NCBI RefSeq assembly: GCF_009914755.1
Contig: NC_060939.1
DNA length: 64,000 nucleotides
Reading direction: 5' to 3' (one strand)
From: the human T2T-CHM13v2.0 reference genome, Homo sapiens
Positions 39,500 to 53,164 of the stretch are shown one piece after another; the first letter of the stretch is position 1, and every line of letters begins with the position of its first letter. The translations under genes and the position numbers were made by a program. The notes below the pieces were generated by a model. The model had not been told where the DNA came from. It made no database searches and saw nothing but the letters and a program-made list of their open reading frames with translations.

Positions 39500-40320
39500 C
39501 AGTTAGACTTTATCTTTGGAACACTAGAGCATAAATCAAGGGTTTTAAGAGAAGGAACGCTCTGATTAGGGTTACATTTTAGAAAGCTATATTCTACAGC
39601 AGTGTGGAAAATGGATGGATTAGAGATAACCCGGTGTTGATTATGTGGGAGAGCAAGGATTTTTACTGAGCACGTATTACATGTCAGATTTTCTGCTAAG
39701 CACTTACACTGCATTATCACATTTATTACCTATAACCACACTAACTGTTATTACTGGTTTCAGACAAAGACAAAATGAAACAGAGGCTCATAGTTAATTA
39801 CTTGTCCAAGTACATGCTGGTAGTAGTACATGGCAAAACCGGGATTCAAATCCAAGCAAGTATTACTATTAGCTCAGAGCAAGTGGTTTTAGCCACTACA
39901 ATACCATTTGGGATGCAGAGAAGTTGATACATTTGAGATTTGTCAGAGGTAGAACTGACAGAATTTGGTAACTGAATGCATGCAGAGCATAAAGAAAAGG
40001 AACAGATCAGCATTATCCGTCGAGACTGGGAATCTAAGATTTACAGCTGGAAAGCAAGGAGTCGGGGGGTGACTTTTGAGTTTGAGGTGACAGTGGGAGA
40101 TATCTACTGCCTGGGAGGTAGGAGAACAGTCTAGTCTGGGGAATATATGGGACTTCACCAGTGTACAGACACTACGCTTGGGAAGTCACCAGCATGGATA
40201 GGCTCATCTACGGAGCAACATTTAAGGAACAGGTCAAGGATGAGGAGAACATGAAAGAGGTGAGGAACAAACTAAGAGATAAGAAGACAGGAAGGAAAAC
40301 CCAAAGAAAATGTTATCTCC
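39500..40320 (-). mobile_element. L2 body fragment with MIR inserted at about 39660-39905
   Basis: L2 'gggttttaag...', 'gaggtagaactgacagaatttggtaactgaatg'; MIR 'cttgtccaag...gggattcaaatccaagc'. Confidence 0.7.
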
Positions 40321-41899
40321 AAACCATATTTTTAAAAAATCACTTTGAACTACTTTACAAATAAATTATTAATACCCACTTTTTTATTTATAAGGACTCT
40401 CATATACTGTAAAAGTAATATTCATGAAATAGTCCCCAAACACAGGAAAGAATAGGTTACTGGAACATACCCACCAACACTGTCTTGCACAGGTGATAGT
40501 CCTGGGGCAAATAGCTTTCTCTAGCCTGGCTGAGAGTCTTGATACATTTCTTTAAACTCTAATAACCATGCAGAAAAGTGTCAAATTGAGGATTTAAAGG
40601 CAACCGTTGCAGTCCCAGGAGAGTGTCTGGGAGTGATTCCTGTGTACCTGACATAACTCAGAAGCAGGAGAGCTGCACTCAATGGCAGGGAGAATTCTCC
40701 CACACCACCTCGTATAAATCTACAGAGGGCTACGCAAAGGTTTATGTGAGCTGTGTGTCCAACATGTGTTGGGAAATCAGTCTTGTTATATTTTCCCTGT
40801 AAATCCTTCCAGGAGTCCTCTAGGTTTAAGGAGGACCTTCACATTTGGAATCGAGAAATGAGTATAGATTTTCTGAAACTGCCTAGACTGTGTAATATGT
40901 AGTTCATACAATAGATTTGAGGGGAAGAATATGTAGGCACTGTCAGTCAATTGATGGGTTCAGACTCAAGAAGCTCCAACAGGCCCACCACTCTCCCCAA
41001 CTCCCTCATAAGGAAACAAAAAGCCCAAAAAACAAACAAACAAAAAACCCTGTTTTTCAAAGGGACTAAGTTCTTTAAATGTGGCTGACCAATCTCTGTT
41101 GCATATCCATGCAGGATACCTGCATATCTGGGAGAGATGAGACTGATCTTATTTTGTTTATATAACCAGTTTTATAAATAAAAGACAATATCTTTTATGT
41201 TAGCATACCAAATTCCACTTCTGAATACACCAAAACTAAAAACTAAGACTGGACCAAACTACAGAATCTAAACACCTTTTTTATGTGTTTAAACTGATCT
41301 TTATAGGAACAAAAGCCTTGAAAATTATATACATAAAATGGTAACGTTACTAAAATCTTCTGAAAACAATGAAAAATCTAGTGTGTACCAGATTTTTAAG
41401 TCAAATTAATAACTAATTTAAAAATAGTTTTAATTATTAAACCAAATTTTTTATTTTATCAATAGATAAAAAACAAATAATCATTTCTAAGCTTTATTAG
41501 AAATGTCTTAAATTCAATATTCCTCCATTTCATCAAGTTTTATCTCAAACATTAATTGCATATTATCCTGATCATAACAAACAGTTGCCTTGAATAAAGA
41601 CTATTGATTATCTAGGATGCTCCAAATCAAGATTTGATTCTAGGCATTTTTTGTCTTGTTTTTTTTTTTTATTTTTTTAAGTAAATTCTACTAATTTCTA
41701 AGTATTAGTCAATGAATATCTGATTTTTAAAAATAGGTAAATTTAAAAAAATTACATCAAATACAAAATAATTTTTTACCATTTAATATGGGGATCGTAT
41801 GTGGGGATCACATACAAGTGCATGCATGATCCACAGTACAACTTTACTGAGCAGCTTTTCAAAGTACATAAGCTTTTGTTTTTTACAGACCCTTAAGAA

Positions 41900-42420
41900 G
41901 TTCAGAATAGTGAAATCGGTTTTTATGAAGTAGAAAATAGGGATTTTCTAACCAATCTAATACTCAAAACAGTAACTCTAACTTTGTGACAGACGCTATT
42001 TGAACAACAGTGACAGGGAGCTCACCACTTAATGAGGCAGCCTGTTCATTCAACAGGCTTAAGGGTGTAAACATTTTCCTTAACTATTATACAAAAATCT
42101 GCTTCCCTGTACATCTAGCAATGTTGTTCACTCTGGCTTCTGTAACGATCCCAACTTGCTCCCCATTGTCACTAAGGTGGTCACTATTGATGTCTTCCAT
42201 GCTAAGAATTTATTTTTTTTGAAGTAAAACAATTCCATTTCCTCCAGTCACTCTTCCACATCATGGTTTGAAAAGTTCCTCATCAATTCCTGCTCCAAAA
42301 GGACCACTGATCATCTCTAGCAGGCCTATAGACCATTTCATTCAACTATAACCATAGCTCTATGTGTAGGGTTATCATTTCTCATGAGTTAAAAACTCAG
42401 CTGCTATCAATGTAAACATA
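41900..42420 (-). mobile_element. L3/CR1 LINE fragment
   Basis: 'cagtgacagggagctcaccacttaatgaggcagcctgttcatt' resembles reverse-strand L3 3' region. Confidence 0.5.
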
Positions 42421-43714
42421 CATTATAAGTATATATACCTTGAACACATCATTGATACATACAAATTTGTTTCCTTTTGAAGTTTACCACAAAGAATGGT
42501 AGGATATATACTATATATATGACATAAATTTTAATTATGATATATTTAGCTTGTAAAATAATGTTTAATTTACCAGTTTTTCTTAGAGTAATTGGGAGAA
42601 ATGGAAGAATGCAAAGTATTTAGGTGTGGTAGGGAGTTTACTGAAAACATAATACTAATCTAAAGTTTTCTTTCCTTTTCACAGGACTTATGGTCTGTTT
42701 CTTTCTGCACATGAGATCATTCTCTGAAGACCAGTCTTCTGTGATTTGAAATACAGGTAGCCAGCCTATCCCTGCCTTTATGTGGTCATTCTTGTCTACA
42801 TCAAGTACTATGTTGAGCCTCTACACTCCCAGCTTCCAAGACCTGGGACACACTATTTCATTTTATCCTAGGTCTCCACCCATCACAGGTAATATTAGAG
42901 ATGACAAGGATTGCATAACTAGCAGCTCATGTGTATGCACTGTAGGTACAAGTTCTCCAAAATGGTGTGGACAAGACTGTGGGAGAAAAATGCATCAGCC
43001 ACACAGGCAACCTGAGAGGTGTCATATTTTTGAAGCACGTGTCTATCAGCTAAAATACAGTATTGAATACAGAGATAAGATTGAAACCATCATAGAATGG
43101 CTACACTCTGAACCACCCATTGAAGTCAGGAGAATTCAACATATAAGAAGTCCTTCTAATATCTATACATCAGCTTATGAGGCATTTATTTGCATTCACA
43201 AGACCAAATGTTGAATGTGGTACCAGAAGATATGAAGCACCTGGATGTCTTTAAAGAGGTATAGTTGCTGTACTTCTAATTAAGTCTTCTCAGAGTACTG
43301 AGGTTTGCTGTCATGAGAGTAATGATTTTCTTTATCATGCCCCCCTAGAATGTCAGTATGGGAGGGAGAAAGTATAATTTGCATTATTTCATATGTCATT
43401 ACTTTTATTTTGCTTATTTATCTTTACATAAACAATGAATCATAAAAACAATGAACTATGAAAACAATGAACATTTGACATAGGTGGCCTTTGTGGTCTT
43501 CAGTGAAATGTATGTAACGGTGATTCACACTTAACAACTCAGTAGGAGTGAGGTCATAGTCCATTAAATGCATTCCCTTTTGTCCACATCCTTACCAACA
43601 CTTGTTATCCTTCATCTTTTTATAATAGCCATTCTAATAGGTGAGAATGTATCTCATGCTTTTGCAGGAATACACTCCCCCCTTTTTTCCAGTATATACT
43701 TTTTTAAAAGCTAA

Positions 43715-45990
43715 ATTTTTTATTTTAAGTGACAAATAAAAATTCTATATATTTATTGGGCACAACATGATGTTTCGAAATATGTATGCATTGTGGAATG
43801 GCTAGATTGAGCTAAATAACATATGTATTACCTCATATACCATTTTTTTTTTTTGTGGTGAGAACACTTAGAATCTAACCTCTTCACAATTTTCAAGAAT
43901 ACAATACATTGTTCTTAGCTATAGTCACCATGCTGTACAATAGGTACCTGGAGAACTAAACAGATCAAGGAAAAAAATGAAAAACGCCATTCAAAAGTGG
44001 GCAAAGGACATGAACAGACACTTCTCAAAAGAAGACATACAGGTGGCCAATAAACATGAAAAAATGCTCAACATTACTAATCATCAGAGATGCAAATCAA
44101 AGCCACAGTGAGATACTGTCTCATACCAGTCAGAATGGGTATTATTAAAATGTCAAAAAATAACAGATGTTGCCAGGTTGTGGAGAAAAAGGAATGCTTA
44201 TACACTGTTGGTGGGAATGCAAATTAGTTCACTCCTGTGGAAAGCAGTTTGGAGGTCTCTCAAAGAACTAAAAATAGAATTATCATTCGATCCATCAAAC
44301 CATTACTGGATATTTACCCAAAGGAAAATAAACTGTTGTACCAAAAAGACACCTGCACTCATGTTTATCACAGCACTATTCACAATGGCAAAGACATGGG
44401 ATGATCCCAGGTGCCCATCAATGGTGAATTGGATAAAGAAAATGTGGTACATACATACTAGGGAATACTATGCAACCATAAAAAAGAATGAAATCTTGTC
44501 CTTTGCAGCGACATGGATGCAGCTGGAGGCTATTATCCAAAGCAATTAACACAAACAGAAAACCAAATACCGAATATTCTCACTTATAAATGGAGCCAAA
44601 TACTACAAATTAACTCAAACAGAAAGCCAAATACTGCATGTTCTCACTTGTAAGTGGAAGCTAGACAGTAAGTACACAGGGACACAAAAATGGAAACAAT
44701 AGACACTGGGGATTCCAAAATGGGTGGTGGGGGAAAGAGGGGAGAAAGTGTTGAACTATTGGGTACTATGTTTATTACTTGTGTGATAGGATCATGAGAA
44801 GCCAAACTTAGTATCAAGCACTATAACCATGTAAAAAATATGCATATTTATCTGCAGAATTTAAAAACAAAAAAACAAACAAAACATACTTTGAATTTAT
44901 TTCTCTTATTGAATTGAAATTTTGTATCCTTTGACCAATGTCTCTTCAATGCCCAACCCCTGCCTCCAGCTCCTGAAACTACTACCCTATTCTCTGCTTC
45001 TGTGAGTTCAACTTTTTAAAATTTCACATAAAAGTGAGATCATGTGGTATTTGTCTTTCTGTACCTGTCCTATTTCACTCAACATAATGTCTTCCAGGTT
45101 CATTGATGTTGTTGCAAATACTAGGATTTCCTTCTTTTTAAAGGCCGAACAGTATTTGATTATATATGTCACATTTTCCTTATTTATTCATCCATTGATG
45201 GACACTTAGGTTGATCCCATATCTTGGCAATTGTGAACAATGCTGCAACAAACAGGGGAGTGCAGAGATCTCTTTGACATGTTGATTTCATTTCCTTGGT
45301 ACTAATCCCAGCAGTGTGATTGCTGAATCAACAGCAGTTCTATTTTTCATTTTTTTTTTTTTAAGAATCTTCATACTGCTTTCCATAATGGTTGTACTAA
45401 TATAGATTCTCACCAACAGTGTGCAAGTGTTCCCTTTTGTCCACATCCTTACCAACACTTATCTTTCATCTTTTTATAATAGCCATTCTAATAGGTGAGA
45501 ATGATATCTCATTGTAGTTTTGATTTGCAATTCCCTGATGATCAGTGATGTTGAACATTTTTTCATATACCTGTTGGCCATTTCTGTCTTCTTTAGAGAA
45601 ATCTGTATTCGGGTCCTGTGTCCATTTTTAAATTGGATTATTTGTTCTCTTGTTATTGAGTTGTTTGAATTCCTTATATATTTTGAATATTAACTCCTTA
45701 CCACATGTATAATTTGCAAATATTTTCTACCATTCTGTAGGTTGTCTTCACTCTGTTGATTGTTTTCTTTTCTGTGAAGAAGCTTTTCAGTTTGATGTAA
45801 TCCCACTTGTTTATTTTTGCTTTTTTTGACTGTGCTTTTGGGGTTGTATTAACAAACAAACAAAACACTGTCCAGACCAGTAACATGCAGCTTTCCCCCT
45901 GTTTTCTTCTAGCAGTTTTAGAGTTTCAGGTCTTGTGTTTAAGTCTTTAATCCAATTTGAGTTGATTTTTTGTATACGGTGTGAGATATA
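43715..45990 (-). mobile_element. L1MA (about MA5-8) 3' portion, split by a younger opposite-strand L1
   Basis: 3'UTR at 43715-43943 resumes at ~44888 and runs into the reverse complement of ORF2 (ORF 45698-45886: [15 protein letters not shown]). Confidence 0.88.
43950..44885 (+). mobile_element. 5'-truncated L1PA15-17/L1PB 3' end
   Basis: ORF 44178-44549 resembles the ORF2p C-terminus; 3'UTR and A-rich tail at ~44863-44885. Confidence 0.88.
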
Positions 45991-46059
45991 TATTTTTTTG
46001 CCTACCTATGATATTTTCCCCTCACATTGAAAGCTTATGTTTTCGAAGAGCTCATCAAA

Positions 46060-46195
46060 ATAAGAAAATAAAGGAAAATATTTGGGATCTAGGGCTAGGC
46101 AAAAGTTTGTTAGAACTGACTCGAAAAGCACAATCCATGAAAGAAAAAAATTGATAAATTGGACTTCATTCAAATGAAAAAAAATTTCTTTGTGG
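46060..46195 (+). mobile_element. L1M ORF2 fragment
   Basis: 'ctagggctaggcaaaag...aaaagcacaatccatgaaagaaaaaaattgataaattggacttcatt'. Confidence 0.7.
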
Positions 46196-47069
46196 GAGAT
46201 AATGGGATCCTTGATGCAAGAAATTCTTAACCTTTCTCTGAAGAATTTCCTAAACAGACAGGAGCCAACTTGACTATAGATGCCTGGGAAATGGCGAGAA
46301 TTGCAGCCTATGGCTGACTGATACTTGGATTTAAAAAGCCCTGTCTTTGTTGCAATACATGTTGTGCTCCAGTTACTGCCCTCTGGGAATGCTCCCGAAC
46401 CTTACAGAAAGTCAGCATTCAGTAGCAATTAGAGTTCTCCTTTCTAGAGAACCACATTTTTCTATCCTTTCATCACAAATATAAGTTTTCCATAGGGATT
46501 GGGTTTTACATTAATTGGATAACAAAATCAAGGGAAGCAGTAGAATGTTGCTTTATTGAATACCAGCGTCCTTATAGTTGGGTTGGGAGGAGGTAGAGGT
46601 ATCAGTATTTCAGTCACAAGACTTCATTTCATGGTCATGGATTCCAAACAGTGCCATTCAACTCTGATAGCAAATATTGTGTTAAAAACAACTGTTTATT
46701 TGATTTTTGTCACATTCAAACTTCTAGTGATTTAACTTTGTTCCTCTAAGCTAAGTATCTCATTTTGTCCAAATGACCTCCCTAAATGTGCATGTGGCTG
46801 TGTGTCTATTTCCTTCATTCCATGATATTATGAATAACTCTAAGGTGTGTTAACAGTCATCATACAGAAGGAAATTCCACATTAATTGTTCATATGTTGC
46901 ATCAATTCACAATGGCATATGCTTACTCATATTATACATGTGCCTTTCTTTTCCAATATCTTAATAATCTTGGAGTCTAATTCTGTATGTATTCAAAGGC
47001 TAAAATTTTTCTGATTCATTTTGGTCATTGCTATTCCATAAATGTCATTTGATGATGTGTTTTTTATGA

Positions 47070-47421
<352 letters not shown>

Positions 47422-47919
47422 AACATCAACTGTTTCATTTGCATTTTTTAATTTGTTAATTTCCTAGTTTTGCATTTGTTTTTATTTCTTTAATTGATTC
47501 ACATATCTCAGGATATTAAACATATCCTCTGGAAAGTCAGCTGGAAACTTCTTAGTACTTTCTAACGTTTGAGTATGTTATAGAAATACACCCAGATTGA
47601 AAATGTGACGATCTCTTATAAAAGATTTGTCCATTTCTGCTGTCTTTAACTGTATCTCTTGATGTATGACAGGGAATCTTCTATTTTTAAGGTGGTATTT
47701 GTTTCAATTCTGTATTACAATATAATCCTTCCAAAGACATTTTAAGTGACAATTAAAAATCCAAACGTAATTTAAAATTTAGCAGTAGGCATTGCTGTTA
47801 ACGCTAATAATTTCAGCCGAAGTGAAAACTGATTGAAGAGATGCCTTCTATACATGCCTAAGTTCCCACACATAGACAATGACAGCCACTGTTTGGGTGC
47901 TCAAAACTATCTTTTAACT

Positions 47920-48050
47920 TAGATTCATGCATTTATTCAACAAATATTATTTACAGCCTAATAATGACAGGCATTGACCTAGGTATTGAGAAAATTGGGT
48001 GAATATAATAGATAAAATATTCACCATCATTGAACTTATGTTCTTCAATT
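47920..48050 (-). mobile_element. L2 tail
   Basis: 'attcatgcatttattcaacaaatattattt...aggcattgacctaggtattgag'. Confidence 0.65.
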
Positions 48051-48581
48051 ATAAGAGGCACTCAGATTTCAGAAATGATAAAATGTGGAGAAATATGTAA
48101 AATATGTATCTCAGAACAAAGAAAGATATGATGTAGCTTTAGGGTTCTTTCATACTTTTTAAATTCAGCTATTTCTAATGCAATTAATTTTATTCAAACT
48201 TGTCCTAAAGAGACTATTTTAGTATTTGCTTATGTTTCTTGAAATAATTTTTTTCATTATATTATTTCTAATGCAAAGGAAATACTTCAGTTTTATGTAA
48301 CAAATGACATCAGACTTTCTTTTCTTCCTCCATTTTTTCCTTCTATAAAATAAATTAACAGAGGCTTTTCATAGGATAGTCTATTTATTTTCTCTGTGCT
48401 CATGTATGAAGAAATATATATGGGTGGGGTGAGATAGGAGGAGTGTACACAGGTATTTATAATGATGGACCTGGAAAGGGTTAAAACAACTCCCGTACCA
48501 AGCCCTCACTTCCAAGTGAGGAAATCCTCCAACAAGCATTGCCCTAGAATACATTTAAAGAGGCTAATGAAAATCAAACAC

Positions 48582-48582
<1 letters not shown>

Positions 48583-48613
<31 letters not shown>
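48583..48613. repeat. (CA)n microsatellite followed by AT-rich low complexity
   Basis: Directly visible. Confidence 0.95.
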
Positions 48614-48614
<1 letters not shown>

Positions 48615-49182
48615 TTAAAATGTATGTATACACATACATGTATACATAATTTATATGCATATATTATGTGTTTTGATACATATATATTTCAAAAAGCAAT
48701 GTAGTAAATTAGTAGCTTATTTTTCATATGAGTACTACCATATCGTATGTTCCGAACTCAACATAAGGGTCACTACTGATGGCATTTGAAAACTGTCAAG
48801 TCAGAAAACTCTCAGGTGTAAATGTAGACTTAATCTCTGATGTTCATGGGAAGTGATTCATGGCTAGTTTTTACATTACACCAAGGAGATGCTTTATAAC
48901 TGGATGCTGACACTTTATATATTAGGCTATAATCAATATTATTTGCTACATGCTCTGTCACTGAAATAAAACCATGATTGTTCTGCAAATAAAGTTTTAA
49001 TTAATAACACAAACATCCCTGTTTCAAAATGTGGTAACCCTGTATATCCCATAACACAACTTTACTACCAGGTATAAAGATGAACTGAAGGTTTAAAAGT
49101 CTAAAACATTGATATCTCAATGGTATAACCTGAGTCTGTGTATTGTTTTTTTAGGCATACAGGTCATATATTGTAGAAGGGA

Positions 49183-49278
49183 AACTGAACTCAGTTTTCT
49201 AATCTGTAAAATGGAAATAACAGTACCTAGCCTGCATAGTTATTAGAAAGATTAGATCATGTGTGTAAAGCACACAGA
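49183..49278 (+). mobile_element. MIR fragment
   Basis: 'ctcagttttctaatctgtaaaatggaaataacagtacct...tgtaaagcac'. Confidence 0.8.
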
Positions 49279-51674
49279 ATTTTTGGGCTCCTCCTAGATT
49301 TGGAGAATGGTAATCTGAGGTTGAGTATTGATGTCCATAATTGAATTAGTGTTAACCTGTGCATTTTAACAGCTGCTGTCAATGCCCATAACACAGAGAC
49401 ATTTAATTGCTAATCCAAGTCTATGCAATCACTTAGCTCATCACTATCTACCAGGGTAGAACTGGCAGTCAACAACTTCTGCAGGATTGAAAAGAAGACA
49501 TCACTGGAGCCCACTGAGACCACTGGTCTCCCTGCTTATAGGCCCTTTGATCTTTGATTCATCTACCAAACTGAGAAACACCCAAATTATAAATCTGAAA
49601 ACTTTCTAGTACCTACAATATGGCATACAAAACCATTCACAAACTGGCCCCACCCCAACTTTAAGCCTGCTCCATCACCTCACTTACACGATTGTATTCT
49701 AATTACACCCCTAAAATAGCTCTTATGACATTGCGTTATAGTTAATCAGGTGTCTAATCCCCATCTAGCCCTTTTTAGGGCTGTACCTCAAAGTATGTGT
49801 TTGCCTAGGGGCAGTTTAACCAGTGTATGCCTCTTCATATCTTCCAAGATAATCACACTTGAAAGGAGTTTCAGCTGTTAGCATCTTTCACAGACCCCTC
49901 AGACTGTCAGCAGTAAGATGAACATTCTGAAATTAAGTTTTAAGGATGTTCAGAAAAGAGAAGTAAGGTATAGAGCCTCCAGTTCCTCCAAAACTCTCCA
50001 TAAGCAGGTGTGTCCAGGACAGCCACTCCCATTGCACTAAAGCAAATGACACATCTTATTGTACTCCTTGTGTCTTATTCCTTTTTGTATGCATGGTAAC
50101 TTGTATAGTGCCCTTTACTTATTAGGTGAAATTTAGATTAAATAATTCCTTTCCTTCTCTCTTCTTCCCCCACCCCTAAAAATACACACATACAGAATTT
50201 TTCAACTTAAAGCTACCTCTCTGTGACAGTAACCAAGTGAAAAACTCAGATTCCTATGGGAACCTAGGGAAAATTGAACAAGACAGGCTTGGTGGATACT
50301 GAGATGACTTGGAGAACACACACTTCTGCAAAAAAGGTTATTATCTCACTAGCTGCTATCAGCTCCAGCCTACTGTTGTTGCATGAAAATGGCAATTTAG
50401 TGTGGTTTCTCTTCCTATCTGCCATGAGAAGTCAGATATCCAGAATATTTTTGGGAAATCTGGTTTTTATATGTTGGAAATTTGGTGGTTGTTTGTTTGG
50501 TTTGTTCTCTGTAAAGCATTGTCTAAGTCAAACAGAATGTACTTGTAAGGGATCAGTTTGAACCTTTGCTTTAGAGCTCCAAGACTGGGCAGTCTCTAGA
50601 AATCACTACTGTGCATTTTAGCTTGAAAAGATCCATTGTTCTTCCAAAAGACTAGGATGCTGTTAGGACACAGCCAGGCTGTTCATGGGTGTGCTATCTG
50701 TTCGTATGAAAGAAACTTGGTCAGTACCTGCCTCACAAAATTATGACTTTCATTTTATCAGCAAGGAAGAACTTCTGCACTGTAAAAGCTTATTAAGGGA
50801 ATTTGATTGCAAATTGAATGTGGTCCAGCACCTCTCCAAAGCTCATTTAAGATATTTGATATTTTAGAGAAAAAGCCTAAATGGGCATGTTAACTATCCA
50901 TTTACCTGCACTATTCTAGGTTCTATCATTGAAGTCTCAGACCATCAGAAAATAATGTCTTGGACCCCATTATCTCAGTCAATCAAAGACAAGACTTCTG
51001 AGAGATGACTCAATACCATGTCATTTGATCTTACAGAAGGCTAATATAAAAAAAACTGTCATGTTTAAGAGCATAGTTTGAACCTTTTAGAAAACTGGCT
51101 GGAGACACATTCTACCTTGTGTCTTAGCACTGCTTTATAATGGATATATAAAGCAGTGTAATAAATTCCAGGAAAATAGTTCCAGGAAAGAATGTTTATC
51201 CTCACGGATGCATCTATATATGATGCCTTAATGGGAAACAATTTCTTTTCCTTAGTTGCCAGGACAAACTTAAAAAGCTACATTAAGTGAGAATAAGAAT
51301 CCGAGGTTTGTTTCAGAGTGTTTGAAGTCCTTACTAATCCTTCCCCTTTATTTGTTTATTAAAGTTAACAGTGGCTTTAGGTTTTAGATAACTAGGAATA
51401 ACCCAATTATAATAGTTTGTTTTTATTCTAGTGATATGATTCTGGGTAATCACAATTTTTAAAATGTATTTGCTCCATTTTCTATAATATTGGTTTGCTT
51501 TGTTACAAATACAATTTTTAAAAATGAAGAGAATTCTATCCATATCATAGATTTCAGTGGGTATCTGCTTTCAAAATATCTTCACCATCATATACCAGGA
51601 CTTTAAATTTTAATTTTAGAAGTATGTTATTTGTATTTTAAATGCATATTGCAATTCAAGAATTCCCTGCCATC

Positions 51675-52830
51675 TATTTGTTTATCATATGTTTATCAAG
51701 TATGTGCTGGGTACCCAGCACTGACCTAGGCACTGGAGATATAATAGTGAGCAAGTTAGACATATCCCCCTCCCTTCAGGAGCTCACAGTCTCATTGCAG
51801 CAGAAAAGAAACCAGGTGATGAAAACACAGGGTGGTCAGTGGTGTGACAGAAGTACAGGTTAGGTCACTTAACATATACTGGGCAACAGAGAGGCCTTTC
51901 CAGAGGTTGCCCATGACATGAAGATCTCAGGCAATAGTGGGAAAGGGGAAAAACCTTTAGGCAGGAGGCTGCAGACTCTCCACGGCTGCCCTTCTCATTG
52001 TATCCCTGGGGCCTTGCTCAGTGCTTGGCTCATGGAAGGTACTGAAAACATTTAAAATAAATAAATAAATGAATGATGGGACAGCATATGCAGAGGTTGA
52101 GAGCCATGGGCAGTAATCGGTCCTTTGGAGGAACTGAAAAGGGTATGGTTTGGCTGAGTTGTAGAGTTTGAGGTAGGTAGAAAGAGGCAAAATAAGACTA
52201 GAGAGACATCCAAAGCTCAGTTGTAAATGAGCCTTATGAATCATCTAAATAATCTGCACTTTATCCTAAGAGAAAAGAGAAGCCATATGTGCTTAAATAA
52301 ATAAAACTTAAAACAAACAAACAAACAAACAAACAAAATCCAAGTCCCCTTTTCTCTTTCAGCAACTTGACCTTTGGTTAACTACCTGGATTCCCTTGGT
52401 AATTTGATAAAGACAGAATGTCAACTAAGTCTCAAGGTGACATTGCTGATAGCAAAAATGACCCCTCATTGGTAAAATGCATCTGGACTAGGAGAGTCTA
52501 TAAATGAACCATAAAAACCCGATTTCATAGCTTTGGGCTTCCCTGTGAGCAGGGAAGAAATCGTTGCAAGAGATATAAGGCTGTTAGCAAGATGACTTCC
52601 ATAGATGAACTGCTGGACTGTTGCATGGACTCCTGATGAGGAAGGCCTGCTGCTGTGGTGAGCTATGGTTGCTGATCTCTGCCCTTTAGAGTAGACAAGT
52701 GCCAGGTGTGGTGTATGGTCACCTTGTGAAACTGCATGTTTAGGTGAGCCTAACAAGAACCCCTGACAGGCACTGCATCATTGAAGGGTTTTAAGTAGAG
52801 AGTTAACACAAACAGACTTTTATGGGATTT
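51675..52830 (-). mobile_element. L2 3' region with internal insertions
   Basis: Tail 'ccagcactgacctaggcactggagatataatagtgagcaag'; body breaks at ~52286 and resumes 'cattgaagggttttaag' at ~52779. Confidence 0.7.
52311..52338. repeat. (AAAC)n microsatellite
   Basis: Directly visible. Confidence 0.9.
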
Positions 52831-53164
52831 CTTTAGCTATTGAAGGCAATTGCCCCAGGACAGGTTACTGAAATAATACATTAACCAGAATTATTAATAG
52901 AGTTGCTGGAATAAAATGGAAACCTACAAAGAAGGGAGGAAAAAGCATTCTCCTTTTAAGTTTTACCTAAACCTAAATGTTCTAAGCCCATCAAGTGGGA
53001 CTTACAGGAATGCAAACTGCTTTCCCTATCTTTTGGTGTGTGGTTCATCTGCCACTTAATGGAGAAAACATTAATCTGGACTGGCAAATAAGAACCACCA
53101 GAGGGAATGGGCGAAATACTAAATAAAGACCACCAAGCCATTTTCAGAAAGCAGCAACTATTGA

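Noticed and set aside
40688-40701. 14-bp palindrome GGGAGAATTCTCCC
   Set aside because: Perfect palindromes of this length are expected occasionally in 64 kb; no supporting context.
42780-43214. 144-aa ORF
   Set aside because: No recognisable protein family; lies beside degraded L3-like sequence.
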